Source of the DNA: an uncultured bacterium
GTDB taxonomy: Bacteria; Patescibacteriota; Minisyncoccia; UBA6257; 2-01-FULL-56-20
Reading direction: 5' to 3'
NCBI GenBank assembly: GCA_963768625.1
Contig: CAVYIK010000003.1
Location: 129,274 to 193,273 of the forward strand
DNA: 64,000 nt
The notes under the pieces were generated by a model. The model ran no database searches and was not told the origin of the DNA. It saw only the letters and a program-made list of their open reading frames with translations. Both the position numbers and the translations under genes were made by a program. Shown here one piece after another: positions 19,339-29,974 of the stretch; position 1 is the first letter of the stretch, and each line of letters opens with the position of its first letter.

Positions 19339-19871
19339 AGAAGTGTTATGCCGCGGTGCCCGCTGTCGCCGCTTTCTTTCCGACCTTCCTGCCGGATCAC
19401 CTCGCCTTGGTAGTGGATGCCTTTGCCCTTGTACGGTTCCGGCTTCTTGAGCGCGCGGATCTCTGCCGCTAACGCGTCCGACAAGCTCCTTGTCGATGCC
19501 CGAGAATTTGATCGTGTTCTTCTCAACCGCGACCACAGCTCCTCGAGGGAACCTTCACGCGGACCGGTAGCGCATAGCCGAGGTACAGCACGAGTTCTTT
19601 TCCTTCAAGCACGGCGCGATAACCGACTCCTTCGATCTCCAAGATTTTCGTGAATCCCTCCGTGACGCCCTGGATGGCGTTCTTTGCGAGCGACCACTCC
19701 GTTCCCGCGTCCACCCAGAGATCGTTCTCCTTCAATCTTTGCGTTCACCCCGGGCGCGAGCTTCACCCGCTGCTCGCCCTTCGGGCCCTTGACCGTCAAA
19801 AACCCGCTGCTTATTGCGACGGTCACTCCTTTTCCTATGGGAATCGATTTTTTAACAAGACGGCTGCTCAT
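19338..19871 (-). CDS. rplF: 50S ribosomal protein L6, frameshifted
   Basis: [33 protein letters not shown] and [19 protein letters not shown] found in three frames. Confidence 0.8.
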
Positions 19872-19878
19872 GATAGTG

Positions 19879-20270
19879 TTACCAAATTTCAAACAAATAT
19901 TCTCCGCCGACCTTCTTCTTTCCTGGCCGCCTATCGGTCATGATGCCCTTCGGCGTGGAAAGGACCCCTATGCCGTATCCCTGCCGCACTGACCGCAGGC
20001 TGCGGTAATCAATGTAGCGGTGCCGGCTCGGCTTGCTCATGACCTTGAAGTCGGTGAATGATTTTCCCTGTCCCTTTGAAGCAAGACGGGCTACGATGAC
20101 GCTCTTCTTCCCGAGCGCTTCCCTCTCCACGCTCTTCAGATAGCCGGCCTCCATAAGCGCCTTCAAGACCGCAAGGTCCATCTGTGAGAATGGGACGGTC
20201 AATTTCTCCTTCCGCGCCCGCGATCGTATTTTTAATTTTAGGCAAAAGATCGTAGTACATAATAGAGGTT
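19879..20270 (-). CDS. rpsH: 30S ribosomal protein S8, frameshifted
   Basis: [10 protein letters not shown]...[22 protein letters not shown]...[15 protein letters not shown]. Confidence 0.7.
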
Positions 20271-20457
20271 TACCATGAATGCTTTTTTCACGCCCGGGAT
20301 CTCCTGGTTGGTCGCCATTTCGCGGAAACAGATGCGGCACAGACCGAAATCGCGCATATAACCGCGCTTGCGGCCGCAGCGGAAACAGCGCCGCACGATG
20401 CGGGATGGAGAACTTCGGCTTCTTTTTGCTGCGCGCGATGACGGATTCTTTTGCCAT
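20270..20457 (-). CDS. rpsN: 30S ribosomal protein S14 (Z-type), frameshifted
   Basis: [17 protein letters not shown] matches the S14 N-terminus; the Cys-containing remainder is out of frame. Confidence 0.55.
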
Positions 20458-20458
20458 G

Positions 20459-20995
20459 TTATTTTTTCTTGAGCGGTACGCCCAATTCCCGGAATGCTTC
20501 GAGCGCCTGGGCGCGCTGCTTCCGGCGGGGAACGATCGTGATCCCGAACGAGAAAGATACGGGCGATTGCTCCGGCGCGATCTCCGGGAAAACGAACTGG
20601 TCCCGAACGCCTATGTTCAGGACACCGTGTTCATCGATATTCTTCGGGTCCAAGCCATTGAAGTCCCGCACGCGAGGCAATACTATAGTAATCAATCGCT
20701 CAAAAAAATCAACCATTTTCTCGCGGCGAAGCGTGACCTGCACGCCCACGATCTGGCCTTCGCGCATCTTGAATCCCGCGATGGATTTCTTCGCGCGGCG
20801 GATCTGCGGCTTCTGCCCGGTCATTGCCGCAAGGTCGCGCATCACCTGGGCGAGCGCTTTCTCTTCGAAGTTCGGCGTCTGGCTCAAGCGGCCGACGCCC
20901 GCGTCAAGCACGATCTTCTCCAAAAATGTCTTCGCTGATTTCTTTTTTCATGACTTATAGTGGATTGCTTTGCACTTTTTGCAGTACCGGACCTT
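20459..20995 (-). CDS. rplE: 50S ribosomal protein L5, frameshifted near the N-terminus
   Basis: [10 protein letters not shown]...FDGRGNYSLG-like core in a 154-aa ORF that lacks the first ~25 residues in frame. Confidence 0.8.
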
Positions 20996-20997
20996 TC

Positions 20998-21263
20998 GCG
21001 GGCCATCCATGCGGAAGCCGACGCGCGTCGGGTTCTTGCAGTTGGAGCAGACGAGCATCACCCTGCGAGGCCGGAAGCGGCCGCGGCACGAGCACCATCT
21101 GCCCTTTTTCTCCCTGCCGCTTCGGCCGCGAATGTTTCTTGAAGACGTTCAGGCCGTCCACGATGATGCGGTTCTCTTCAGGGTCAACATGCGAAACGGT
21201 CCCGGTCTTCCCGCGGTCCTTGCCCGAAAATATTTTTACGTATCTCCCTTTTTGATGTTTCAT
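20998..21263 (-). CDS. rplX: 50S ribosomal protein L24, frameshifted at the C-terminus
   Basis: [47 protein letters not shown] (KOW motif). Confidence 0.75.
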
Positions 21264-21266
21264 GGT

Positions 21267-21634
21267 ATTACACGATTTCCTCCGCCATCGTCATCAATTT
21301 TTCGTATCCTTTCTCTTTGAGTTCGCGCGGCAACGGGCCGAAGATACGGGTCGCGATCGGCTCCTTTTTGGCGTCGATCAGAACCACGGCGTTCTCGTCA
21401 AAGCGGACGTACGAGCCATCCTTCCGGCGCAAGCGCATTCTTCGTGCGGACCACGAGCACTTTCACGATATCCTTCTTCTTCACGTTCTTCCGCGGCTCC
21501 GCCGACTGCACGGAAGTGACGATGATGTCGCCCACGCCCGCATAGCGGTGCCGCGTGCCGCCGAGGATGCGGAAACACCGCACGATCTTTGCGCCGCTGT
21601 TGTCCGCAACTTTCAATATGGAGCGTTCCTGGAT
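21267..21634 (-). CDS. rplN: 50S ribosomal protein L14, frameshifted
   Basis: [27 protein letters not shown]...GDIIVTSV. Confidence 0.8.
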
Positions 21635-21639
21635 CATGG

Positions 21640-21903
21640 TTATTGTGAAACTTTTCCGATGATCGTCCACCGCTTCTCCCTGGAGAGCGGGCGCGTCTCT
21701 TCGATCACGACCTTGTCGCCTGTCTTATATTCGTTATTCTCGTCGTGCGCCTTGAACTTCGACGTTGCCGTGTAGTACTTCAGGTACTTCGGATGCTTCT
21801 TCAGGCGGTCAACCGCAACCACGCGCGTCTTCTTCATCTTGTCAGAGACGACGACACCCGTGATCCTCCGTCTTTTTATTTTGCGGCTGGTTTGCACGTT
21901 CAT
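21640..21903 (-). CDS. rpsQ: 30S ribosomal protein S17
   Basis: 87 aa, intact; [20 protein letters not shown]. Confidence 0.9.
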   Translation of the reverse strand: MNVQTSRKIKRRRITGVVVSDKMKKTRVVAVDRLKKHPKYLKYYTATSKFKAHDENNEYKTGDKVVIEETRPLSREKRWTIIGKVSQ

Positions 21904-21905
21904 GG

Positions 21906-22100
21906 ATGAAGGTTTTCATCCGCGCGACTTTTTTCTTGAGGTCCCTGATCCCGCTTATATCTTTCACTTTTCCGGCCGCAAGGTCAAATCTGAGCGCCCG
22001 CAGCTTCTCGTTCCCTTCTACAATGAGATGCACAAGGTCTTCCACGGGGCGATGCTTCAATTCTTGGATGTCTTTTTTTTTCATGTTGTGGTTATTTTGC
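21906..22100 (-). CDS. rpmC: 50S ribosomal protein L29
   Basis: [39 protein letters not shown] sits at the 3' end of the fused 451-aa ORF. Confidence 0.7.
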
Positions 22101-22510
22101 GATGATTCTTGCTTTTCACCGGAAGTTTGAAGGATGCCAAGCGCAACGCCTCGCGCGCGGTCGCTTCGTCCACGCCGTCGATCTCGAACAGCATGCGGCC
22201 GGGGCGCACCGGGAACACATAGTGGTCCACGCTTCCCTTGCCGCCGCCCATCGTGGTCTCCGGCGGCCGGAGCGTGACCGGCTTGTCCGGGAAAACGCGG
22301 ATCCAAAGGCGGCCGCTGCGCTTCATGAAGTTCGTGATCGTCTTCCGCGCTGCCTCGATCTGCCGCGCGGTGAGCCACGGTAGCTTCGAGCGCCTTGAGG
22401 CCGTACTGGCCGTAAGCAGAGCTCAAGCCCGCGGGTCTCCACCAGGCGGCCGCTTTGAGCGGCCCTTCTGCCACTTGCGATGTTTTACTTTTTTCGGAAT
22501 AAGCATGGTC
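22084..22510 (-). CDS. rplP: 50S ribosomal protein L16, frameshifted
   Basis: The C-terminal fragment [25 protein letters not shown] is in ORF 22081..22326; the YGLKALE N-terminal region is in another frame. Confidence 0.7.
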
Positions 22511-23197
22511 GTGGTCTATTGCGCCTTTTGGCTTTCCTTTTTCTTCATCGAAAATCTCTCCCTTATAGATCCAGACGCTTATGCCGATCGTGCCGTAGGT
22601 CGTGAACGCCGTCGCCGTGCCGTAATCGATGTCGGCGCGCAAGGTCTGGAGCGGAAGCGATCCGCGCGAAAGCCGCTCGCGGCGCGCGATCTCGTTCCCG
22701 TCGAGCCGACCCGAGAGGAATATCTTCGCTCCTTTCGCGTCGTTGTTCTGCATCACCTGCTCGATATATTTCTTCATCGTCCGGCGGAACGGCATGCGCT
22801 TTTCAAGGTCCCATGCGATCTGCTGGGCGACGTACGTCGCCGAGATCTCCGACCGCTTCAACTCCTCCACGTTCACGCTCAACGGCACCGGCGCCTTGCT
22901 CTTGCGGCGCCTTGCGCAATGCGTCCGCGATCGCTTTATTAGGTCCTCCATGCCCTTCCCGCCGCGGCCGATGATAAAACCCGGCCGCGCCGCCTTGATA
23001 AACACGCGGAGGTTCCCCTGCGTGCGCTCGATCTCGATCGCCGCGATGCCCGCGAGGCCGATCTTCTTCTTGATCACCTTGCGGATCGCTTCGTCCTCCT
23101 CGAGATACTTCGCATAGCCGCCTTTAATGAACCAGCGCACCGGCCAGTTCTTCGTGATCCCCAACCTGAATGAATTTGGATTGATTTTTTGTCCCAT
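22510..23197 (-). CDS. rpsC: 30S ribosomal protein S3, frameshifted at the C-terminus
   Basis: MGQKINPNSFRLGITKNWPVRWF and the KH domain GRGGKGMEDL. The ORF reads through into L16/L29 sequence. Confidence 0.85.
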
Positions 23198-23199
23198 GG

Positions 23200-23719
23200 T
23201 TATTTAGATGCCCTTGATTTCGGGTTGAACATCCGCTTGAAGAATCCGGGCTTCTTGGTCTCTGCCCGCTCTTCCTCCGGTTTCTGTTTTTGCTTCTCCC
23301 GCTTTCCCTTGATCGGTTTTTCCTCGCCGGGCGGCAGCTTCACTTTTTTCGGCACCACGATCTTGAATTTCGGCGTCAGCTGTTCGTTCACGCCGAGCAT
23401 GAGCGTCACATTGCTCATCTTCTTCTGGATCGGCGACGCCGAACCGCGCGCGCGCGGCAGCATCCGCTTCAGCATCGGCCCCTGGTCCACGCGGACATTC
23501 GACGATGAAAAGATGGTCGGGATTCAAGCGCTTGTTGTTTTTAGCATTCGCGACCGCCGAGCGCAAGAGTTTCAGAAGCGCTTTTGCCGGCCGGCGGCGC
23601 TGGACCATAAGCTGGGCCTCCGCATCGTTCACGGGAAGTCCTTTCAAGAGGTCGCCAACGCTCCGCACTTTGCGCGGCGCGATCCTGAGATAGTTCAATT
23701 TTGCGATTTGCTGTTCCAT
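23200..23719 (-). CDS. rplV: 50S ribosomal protein L22, one frameshift
   Basis: MEQQIAKLNYLRIAPRKVR... N-terminus and DQGPMLKRMLPRARGSASPIQKK C-terminus lie in different frames. Confidence 0.8.
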
Positions 23720-23721
23720 GA

Positions 23722-24067
23722 TTATTTCTTTGCCGGTTCCGCCGCTTTCGCCGCCGTGGCCTGCGTCTTTTGCGCTTCCGCCGCCTTGATCTCGAGTTCT
23801 TTCTGCATCTTGCCGCCGTGCCTCACGAATTTCCGCGTCGGCGAGAACTCGCCGAACCGGTGGCCCACCATTTCTTCGCTCACCTTCACTTCAATGAATA
23901 TCTTGCCGTTGTGCACGCCGAACGTGTATCCCACCATTTCCGGCGCGATCTCCGAAGCGCGCGACCAGGTCTTTATGACCGTGCCGCTTTCCGGTTTCAG
24001 CCTTGGCGACCTTCTTCAAAAGCTTTGGGTCGACGTAGGGACCTTTTTTGAGCGAGCGTGACATGAT
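23722..24067 (-). CDS. rpsS: 30S ribosomal protein S19, one frameshift
   Basis: [19 protein letters not shown] and [35 protein letters not shown]. Confidence 0.8.
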
Positions 24068-24904
24068 AGTAATATATTTTTCTTCCTCGCGTTGAAGAAT
24101 GAATTTGCTCGACCGTTTCTTCTTGTTGCGCGTCTTGTGGCCGCCCGTGATATTGCCCCACATGTCTTTCGGCTTCCTGGTACCGCGCGGCTGGCTGCCT
24201 TCGCCGCCGCCGTACGGGTGGTCCACCGGGTTCATTGCCTTGCCGCGGACCGTCGGCCGGATGCCCAGCCACCGCGAACGGCCTGCTTTTCCGATCGTCA
24301 CCAGATTCCATTCGGCGTTCGAAACCTGTCCGAGCGACGCAAGCCCGTCCCACGGCACGCGGCGCACTTCGCCCGAAGAAAGCTTCAGATCGGTGTAGCC
24401 GTCCGCGTTCGCAAGCACTTCCGCGTAGGAACCCGCCGAACGCGCGAGCTGGCCGCCACGGCCGGGACTGAGTCTCAACATTGTGGACCTGATAGCCGAC
24501 CGGGATATTCTTCAATTTCATGCGGTTGCCCATCGTGAGCGGCGCCGCTTCGGCGGTCACGATCTCCGTGCCCACCTTCAAGCCCTTCCGGAGCCAAGAT
24601 ATACGCGTGGCGTACCGTCCGCGTATTTCACGCGCGCGATGAACGCCGTGCGGTACGGATCGTATTCGATCGTCTCCACGACCGCTTTCGAATTCAGCCG
24701 GTTCTGCTTGAAATCCACCATGCGGTACAACTTTTTGTTGCCGCCGCCCTGGTGGCGCACCGTGATCCGGCCCTGCGAGTTGCGGCCGCTGTGCGACTTC
24801 AAGCTGTATCGTGAGCGACTCCGGGGGCGGACGTGGGAAAGTCCCCGATAGTCGGGGCTCGTCATGGAGCGCCGCGAGGCACTGGTGGGTTTATAGGTTT
24901 TCAT
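24068..24904 (-). CDS. rplB: 50S ribosomal protein L2, frameshifted; stop apparently lost into rpsS
   Basis: [12 protein letters not shown]...; [17 protein letters not shown]; [12 protein letters not shown]. Confidence 0.85.
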
Positions 24905-24906
24905 AT

Positions 24907-25185
24907 TATTGGATATCTATTTTTTGTCCGTCTTTCAGCGTCACGATCGCCTTGCGGTATCCTTCCTGTGTGCCTTTCATTACGCCGCCGAACCGCTTCC
25001 GCTTCGGCGGCCGGTTCACCACGTTCACTGCAACCGCGTCCACTTTATAGATCTCCTTCACCGCCTTTTTTGATTTCCGGCTTCGTCGCTTTTGACTTCA
25101 CCATAAAAACATATTTACCCATCGTCGCAAGGCCGGTGGATTTTTCCGTCACCCAGGGTTTTTTGATAAGGAATACGTCGGCCAT
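24907..25185 (-). CDS. rplW: 50S ribosomal protein L23, one frameshift (extra G after the A6 run near 25073)
   Basis: [16 protein letters not shown]...KPEIKK then [26 protein letters not shown] continues in the -1 frame. Confidence 0.8.
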
Positions 25186-25835
25186 GGTTATATCTTTGTA
25201 ATGTTTCGCTATGGTCGCGACCGCTTCTTTCTCCATGAAAAGATTCTTGTGGTTCAAAACGTCGAAAACATTGAGCGACGCGGCATCGATTGCCTTCGCT
25301 TTCTCCAGATTGGACGAGGCGCGGAACAGGTTCTTGTTCGCGTGGTCGCCCACGAGAAGCACGTCGTACCGCTTCGCGTTCTTCTTCATGTTCAAAATGG
25401 CGTTCAGGCGTCGAAGCCAAGACCTTCGTCTTCGGCGCTTCGATGGCGAACGTATCAAAAACCTTCACCTCGCCGTCCTTCGCTTTCCGCGAAAGCACCG
25501 AAAAGAGCGCCGCGCGCTTCATCTTTTTGTTCACTTTCTGCGAATAATCGCGCTCGTTGCGGGGACCATGCGATTTTCCGCCGCCTACCCAGAGCGGCGA
25601 CCGGATGGAGCCGTGCCGGGCGCGGCCCGTCCCCTTCTGGCGCCACGGTTTCTTGCCGCCGCCGCGCACTTCGCCGCGTCCCTTCGCGTGCGCCCACGGG
25701 ATCGCGTGCATTCGCGCGCTGGGCGTTCAGAACCTGCTTCACGAGGATAGGGTTCCACTTCGCGCCGAAAACGCCTTCGGGCAATTCAAGCGTTCCCACT
25801 TTTTCGTTCTTCAAATTGTAGACGTCGGCGTTCAT
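25186..25835 (-). CDS. rplD: 50S ribosomal protein L4, frameshifted
   Basis: [23 protein letters not shown]; [25 protein letters not shown]; [14 protein letters not shown] spread over three frames. Confidence 0.8.
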
Positions 25836-25837
25836 GA

Positions 25838-26397
25838 TTATTTCCTGATCTCGATCAGCCCGCCGCGCGCGCCCGGCACCGCACCGCGGAGGAATATCAA
25901 ATTTTTCTCTTTATCAATATCGGCGACAACCAAGTTCTTCACCGTCACGCGATCCGTACCCATATGGCCCGCCATGCGGCGCCCTGTGACGACGCGCTGG
26001 AATGCCGTGCGAGCCGATGGAACCCGGCGCGCGATGACGGTTCTTCTGCCCGTGCGTCTTCGGTCCGCCGGCAAAACCATGCCGCTTCACCGTACCCTGG
26101 AAACCGCGGCCCTTCGTCACGCCGCTCACGCGGACCTTTTCTCCCGCCTTGAACGACTCAACGGTCGACCGCATCGCCCACATTGAACTTCGCGGCCTCC
26201 ACCGGATTCGCCGGCCGATTCCGGAATTCGCGCTTTTTCCTGCCAAGCGAAACCTGGACGGCCTCATAGCCGTCCCGTTCCTTAGTGCGCACGATCGCCA
26301 CCTTGTTCGGTTCCGCCAAAACCACCGTGACGGGAACCACCTTCCCCTCCTTCCAGATCTGCGTCATTTTCAGTTTTTTGCCGAGAATGAACGACAT
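25838..26397 (-). CDS. rplC: 50S ribosomal protein L3, two frameshifts
   Basis: [25 protein letters not shown]; [25 protein letters not shown]; [15 protein letters not shown]. Confidence 0.8.
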
Positions 26398-26419
26398 AAA
26401 AAATCCGGTTTTCGCCGGA
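26398..26419 (-). promoter_or_regulatory. terminator-like hairpin plus U6 abutting the rplC start codon (candidate attenuator)
   Basis: Minus strand reads UCCGG-CGAAAA-CCGGA followed by UUUUUU then AUG. It lies about 130 nt downstream of a sigma70-like promoter. Confidence 0.45.
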
Positions 26420-26539
26420 AGTCCATGCCAACGCCTGCCCGAACCCGCCCTAAGCGGGATCAGTGCCTAAAGAAAACGAAATTCGTCTTCCAGAGCGCGT
26501 AAATATTGGCATATAACTTCCGAGGAAACCTTGGTTGAA

Positions 26540-26567
26540 AGTATAGCAGAACAGCCAAAAGTGTCAA
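26540..26567 (-). promoter_or_regulatory. sigma70-like promoter for rplC and downstream r-protein genes
   Basis: Minus strand TTGACA, 16-nt spacer, TATACT. Confidence 0.5.
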
Positions 26568-26640
26568 TCTGGAGGCGGAAAAGAAAGAGCGGCTCGCTTG
26601 GGGCGGGCCGCTGTTAGTGAAAACCGATCGAAATTGCACA

Positions 26641-27051
26641 TTATCTGCGCAGCTTTATCGGCACAAGTTCACTGAGGCGCGAGAGCATCTTGGCTACAGC
26701 GGGAAAAACCGGATCATCCGCTGATACTCCGCGCGGGAACGATGAGACTTGGATCCCTTGTCGGTTTTCCCGGCCGTTGCTCGTGATACTGATTACTTCG
26801 CCTAAATAAGGAGAATAAATCGTTAACACTCCGGGTTCCGCGGGACTGTCGTGAGCTTTGAATGTAATGCATCCTCCCTCCAACGAAGCAGAATGCAACT
26901 TGCATCCGGGATAGCACTCGGTAGTTTTTGCTTCTCCCTTCTTGAATTCGTCGAGTAAAGTTTGCAGCACCGCTCTTGGTTCCATGTGGCCCTCCCTCTG
27001 TCTGCCTGCGATCATAATCTTTGATGAGTGAGATTTCAAGCCCCTCCGCAC
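26641..27051 (-). CDS. hypothetical protein
   Basis: 136-aa ORF in the lower-GC insertion between rpsJ and rplC; no motif recognised. Confidence 0.4.
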   Translation of the reverse strand: MRRGLKSHSSKIMIAGRQREGHMEPRAVLQTLLDEFKKGEAKTTECYPGCKLHSASLEGGCITFKAHDSPAEPGVLTIYSPYLGEVISITSNGRENRQGIQVSSFPRGVSADDPVFPAVAKMLSRLSELVPIKLRR

Positions 27052-27639
27052 TCAGACCTTATCCTTCAATGCTATGCCGTCCATCTTGATAATGGAAAAG
27101 TGTTCGCCTTTTCTCTCGAGCTCTGCAAAGCCACAGTTTTCAATTTGCACATCACCCAATTTTATGACCTCCCTAAAGATGAACGATATGGGACCGCCGT
27201 GAGATAAAACGCCGATCGTCTTATAAGGCAAACTGGTTATTTTATCCAAGGCTTTCCTGACCCGCTCCCCAAAACGCTCGTAGTCTTCGCTCTCCGGCAC
27301 GGAATGGCGGCGCTGTTTCAGCGCTTCCACATGTTCGGGATATCTTTCCTTCGCGTTCGTCTTCACCATGCCCGTTAAAATACCGTACATATTCCGCTCG
27401 CGGATATCATGAACAACATCGATTTTGCAACCTATTTTTTCAGCAACGATTCTTGCCGTTTCCTGAGCACGAATCCTCGGACTGCAAAAGATGACTTCAA
27501 TACCTGAACCTACAAGCTTTTCAGCAAGTTTCTTTGATTGTTCCTTGCCTTCATCGGTAAGATGGTCGTCATAATCGCCGCCATAGCGATCCTCCACGTC
27601 CCCTGTTGTTTTGCCGTGACGGATGAGATAGATTTTCAT
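27052..27639 (-). CDS. histidine phosphatase family protein (phosphoglycerate mutase-like)
   Basis: N-terminal LIRHGKT (RHG catalytic motif) and a C-terminal LSHGG-like motif. Confidence 0.7.
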   Translation of the reverse strand: MKIYLIRHGKTTGDVEDRYGGDYDDHLTDEGKEQSKKLAEKLVGSGIEVIFCSPRIRAQETARIVAEKIGCKIDVVHDIRERNMYGILTGMVKTNAKERYPEHVEALKQRRHSVPESEDYERFGERVRKALDKITSLPYKTIGVLSHGGPISFIFREVIKLGDVQIENCGFAELERKGEHFSIIKMDGIALKDKV

Positions 27640-28232
27640 GACTTCGTTTCCATGTCCTTCTTCCTTTCCGCCGCAAGAGAATAAAACAGTTCTTTAGTAG
27701 AAGGCGAGCACAGCGGACGGCGCACAAGTTTTTCGTCATTTATCCAAAAATCATAGCTTTGCTCTGGCGTCATGCCCATCGATCTCGCAGCCATCTCAAA
27801 AGCATACCAGCTTGTCTGCGGCCAGATAAAATCCAAGTCGTTGAAAAGCGCCATCTCTTTGCATTCCTTGAATGGAGAATCGTCATTAAGCACCCAATTA
27901 TCGTGCACGCCAATATAATGCACGATCTTTTTTGTAATCTCCGAGTCATAATCCACTTCTTTAAGTATTTTTTCTGCAATCCTTGCGCCCTCACGCATAT
28001 GCACGATTTTCGTCTCTTTGCTCTTTACGTTTGGGTTCTTTTCGTCTACTGCGGAATAGCCAATATCGTGCAAGATAACGATCGGCAAAAGAAGCCTTTT
28101 GTTAAAACCTTCCTTATCTGCGATCTTCTCCGCTTCTCCCATCATCCACTCAATATGAGGTACGTCATATAACCTGCCTTGGAGATAATAAGGTTTTGCT
28201 AACTCCCAAATCTTTAGATATATGGAATCCAT
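27636..28232 (-). CDS. HD domain phosphohydrolase
   Basis: ILHDIGY contains the HD dyad; further His/Asp ligands downstream. The 217-aa ORF is trimmed to the internal Met. AT-rich. Confidence 0.65.
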   Translation of the reverse strand: MDSIYLKIWELAKPYYLQGRLYDVPHIEWMMGEAEKIADKEGFNKRLLLPIVILHDIGYSAVDEKNPNVKSKETKIVHMREGARIAEKILKEVDYDSEITKKIVHYIGVHDNWVLNDDSPFKECKEMALFNDLDFIWPQTSWYAFEMAARSMGMTPEQSYDFWINDEKLVRRPLCSPSTKELFYSLAAERKKDMETKS

Positions 28233-28307
28233 ATTTTTGATAATAGCACCTTTCTTTGACCCACTGCGGGCCAACAAAAAACCGCCCAAGCGGGCGGTTT
28301 TTTGTAC

Positions 28308-28637
28308 TTAGACCATCTTCACTTCCACGTCCACTCCTGCCGGAAGATTCAGATTGCTCAATGATTCTACGATCTTCTGGCTCGGGTTCATGATTTCCAC
28401 AAGGCGCTTGTGAACCCGGAGCTCGAACTGTTCGCGCGAGTCCTTGTGGACAAACGTCGAGCGGTTCACCGTGTAGTGCTTGATCTCCGTCGGCAACGGA
28501 ATCGGGCCCACCACTTTCGCGTCGTTCCGTTCGGCCGCCTCGATGATCTGGCGCGCCGAATTGTCGATCAGTTTGTGGTCGTAGGACTTGATCCGGAGGC
28601 GGATCTTCTGCGGCGTGTCCGATTCCTTTTTTGCCAT
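28308..28637 (-). CDS. rpsJ: 30S ribosomal protein S10
   Basis: 109 aa; [20 protein letters not shown]... Confidence 0.9.
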   Translation of the reverse strand: MAKKESDTPQKIRLRIKSYDHKLIDNSARQIIEAAERNDAKVVGPIPLPTEIKHYTVNRSTFVHKDSREQFELRVHKRLVEIMNPSQKIVESLSNLNLPAGVDVEVKMV

Positions 28638-28639
28638 TG

Positions 28640-29839
28640 TTATTTGGTGATCTTCGTCACCGCGCCAGCGCCCACTGTCTTGCCTCCCTCGCGGATGGCA
28701 AAGCGCTGTTTCTCTTCAAGCGCAACGGGCGAGATCAATTTGACGCTCAACTTCACCGTGTCGCCCGGCATTACCATTTCCATGCCCTGAGGCAAGGTCA
28801 CTTCGCCGGTCACATCGGTCGTCCTGATGTAGAACTGCGGTTTGTATCCGGCGAAGAACGGCGAGTGGCGTCCGCCTTCCTCCTTCGAAAGCACATAGAC
28901 CTCTGCTTCGAATTCGGTGTGCGGCGTTACGGTCCCCGGCTTCGCGATCACCTGGCCGCGCTCCACGTCTTCTTTCTTCAAGCCCCGGAGCAAGGCGCCG
29001 ATGTTGTCGCCGGCCATGCCTTCGTCCAAAAGCTTGTTGAACATTTCAATGCCCGTAATGACGGTTTTCGCCGTCGGTTTCAAACCGACGATCTCCACTT
29101 CTTCGTTCACTTTTACTTTTCCACGCTCCACGCGGCCAGTCACAACCGTGCCGCGGCCTTCAATCGAGAAGATGTCTTCGATCGGCATAAGGAACGGCTT
29201 GTCGATGTCGCGCACCGGGTCCGGAATGTAGTCATCCAGAGCCTTTACGAGGTCCAGGATCGGCTTCGCCTCCGGGCTGTCCGCCGAAGCGGCGCTCAAC
29301 GCCTTCAAGGCCGAACCGCGGATGACAGGCGTATTGTCGCCATCGTAGTGGTACTTCTTCAGAAGCTCGCGCACCTCGGATTCAACGAGGTCAATGAGCT
29401 CCGGGTCGTCCACCTGGTCGCACTTATTGAGGAACACGACGATCTTCGGCACGCCAACCTGGTACGCAAGCAAGATGTGCTCCCGCGTCTGCGGCATCGG
29501 GCCGTCGGTCGCGGCAACCACGAGAATCGCACCGTCCATCTGGGCGGCGCCCGTGATCATGTTCTTGATGTAGTCCGCGTGTCCCGGCGCGTCAATGTGC
29601 GCGTAGTGGCGCTTCTCCGACTCGTACTCCGAGTGGTGCAGGGCGATCGTAATACCGCGCGCTTTCTCTTCCGGCGCGTTGTCGATCTGGTCAACACCCT
29701 CTTCTTTCTTTGCGAGACCCTTTTTGAACAAGATGTGTGTGATCGCGGCGGTCAAGGTCGTCTTTCCGTGGTCAACGTGCCCGATCGTGCCGACGTTCAC
29801 GTGCGGCTTCGCTCGGTTAAATTTTTCTTTTTCTGCCAT
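28640..29839 (-). CDS. tuf: elongation factor Tu
   Basis: 399 aa, intact; [26 protein letters not shown]. Confidence 0.95.
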   Translation of the reverse strand: MAEKEKFNRAKPHVNVGTIGHVDHGKTTLTAAITHILFKKGLAKKEEGVDQIDNAPEEKARGITIALHHSEYESEKRHYAHIDAPGHADYIKNMITGAAQMDGAILVVAATDGPMPQTREHILLAYQVGVPKIVVFLNKCDQVDDPELIDLVESEVRELLKKYHYDGDNTPVIRGSALKALSAASADSPEAKPILDLVKALDDYIPDPVRDIDKPFLMPIEDIFSIEGRGTVVTGRVERGKVKVNEEVEIVGLKPTAKTVITGIEMFNKLLDEGMAGDNIGALLRGLKKEDVERGQVIAKPGTVTPHTEFEAEVYVLSKEEGGRHSPFFAGYKPQFYIRTTDVTGEVTLPQGMEMVMPGDTVKLSVKLISPVALEEKQRFAIREGGKTVGAGAVTKITK

Positions 29840-29974
29840 GGTGTTTTAGATTATTTTTTAATTTTTTTAAAGCGGGCTTGCTAGTTCCCGCAACTCACTT
29901 TTCCCTCTCCCTCCCAAAGGACATTAGCCAATCGACCTAAAAAGGATCCCCCGGGTAAGGATGGTACGAAGGTT

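Noticed and set aside
18502-19413. 303-aa plus-strand ORF
   Set aside because: Antisense to rpsE/rplR/rplF; proline/arginine-rich nonsense.
7724-26397. Programmed ribosomal frameshifting / transcriptional slippage as the explanation for broken essential genes
   Set aside because: There are dozens of breaks with no shared slippery heptamer or long poly-A context, at heterogeneous short homopolymers. Assembly error is far more parsimonious.
28631-29884. 417-aa plus-strand ORF
   Set aside because: Antisense to tuf (EF-Tu), which is intact with a canonical G-domain.
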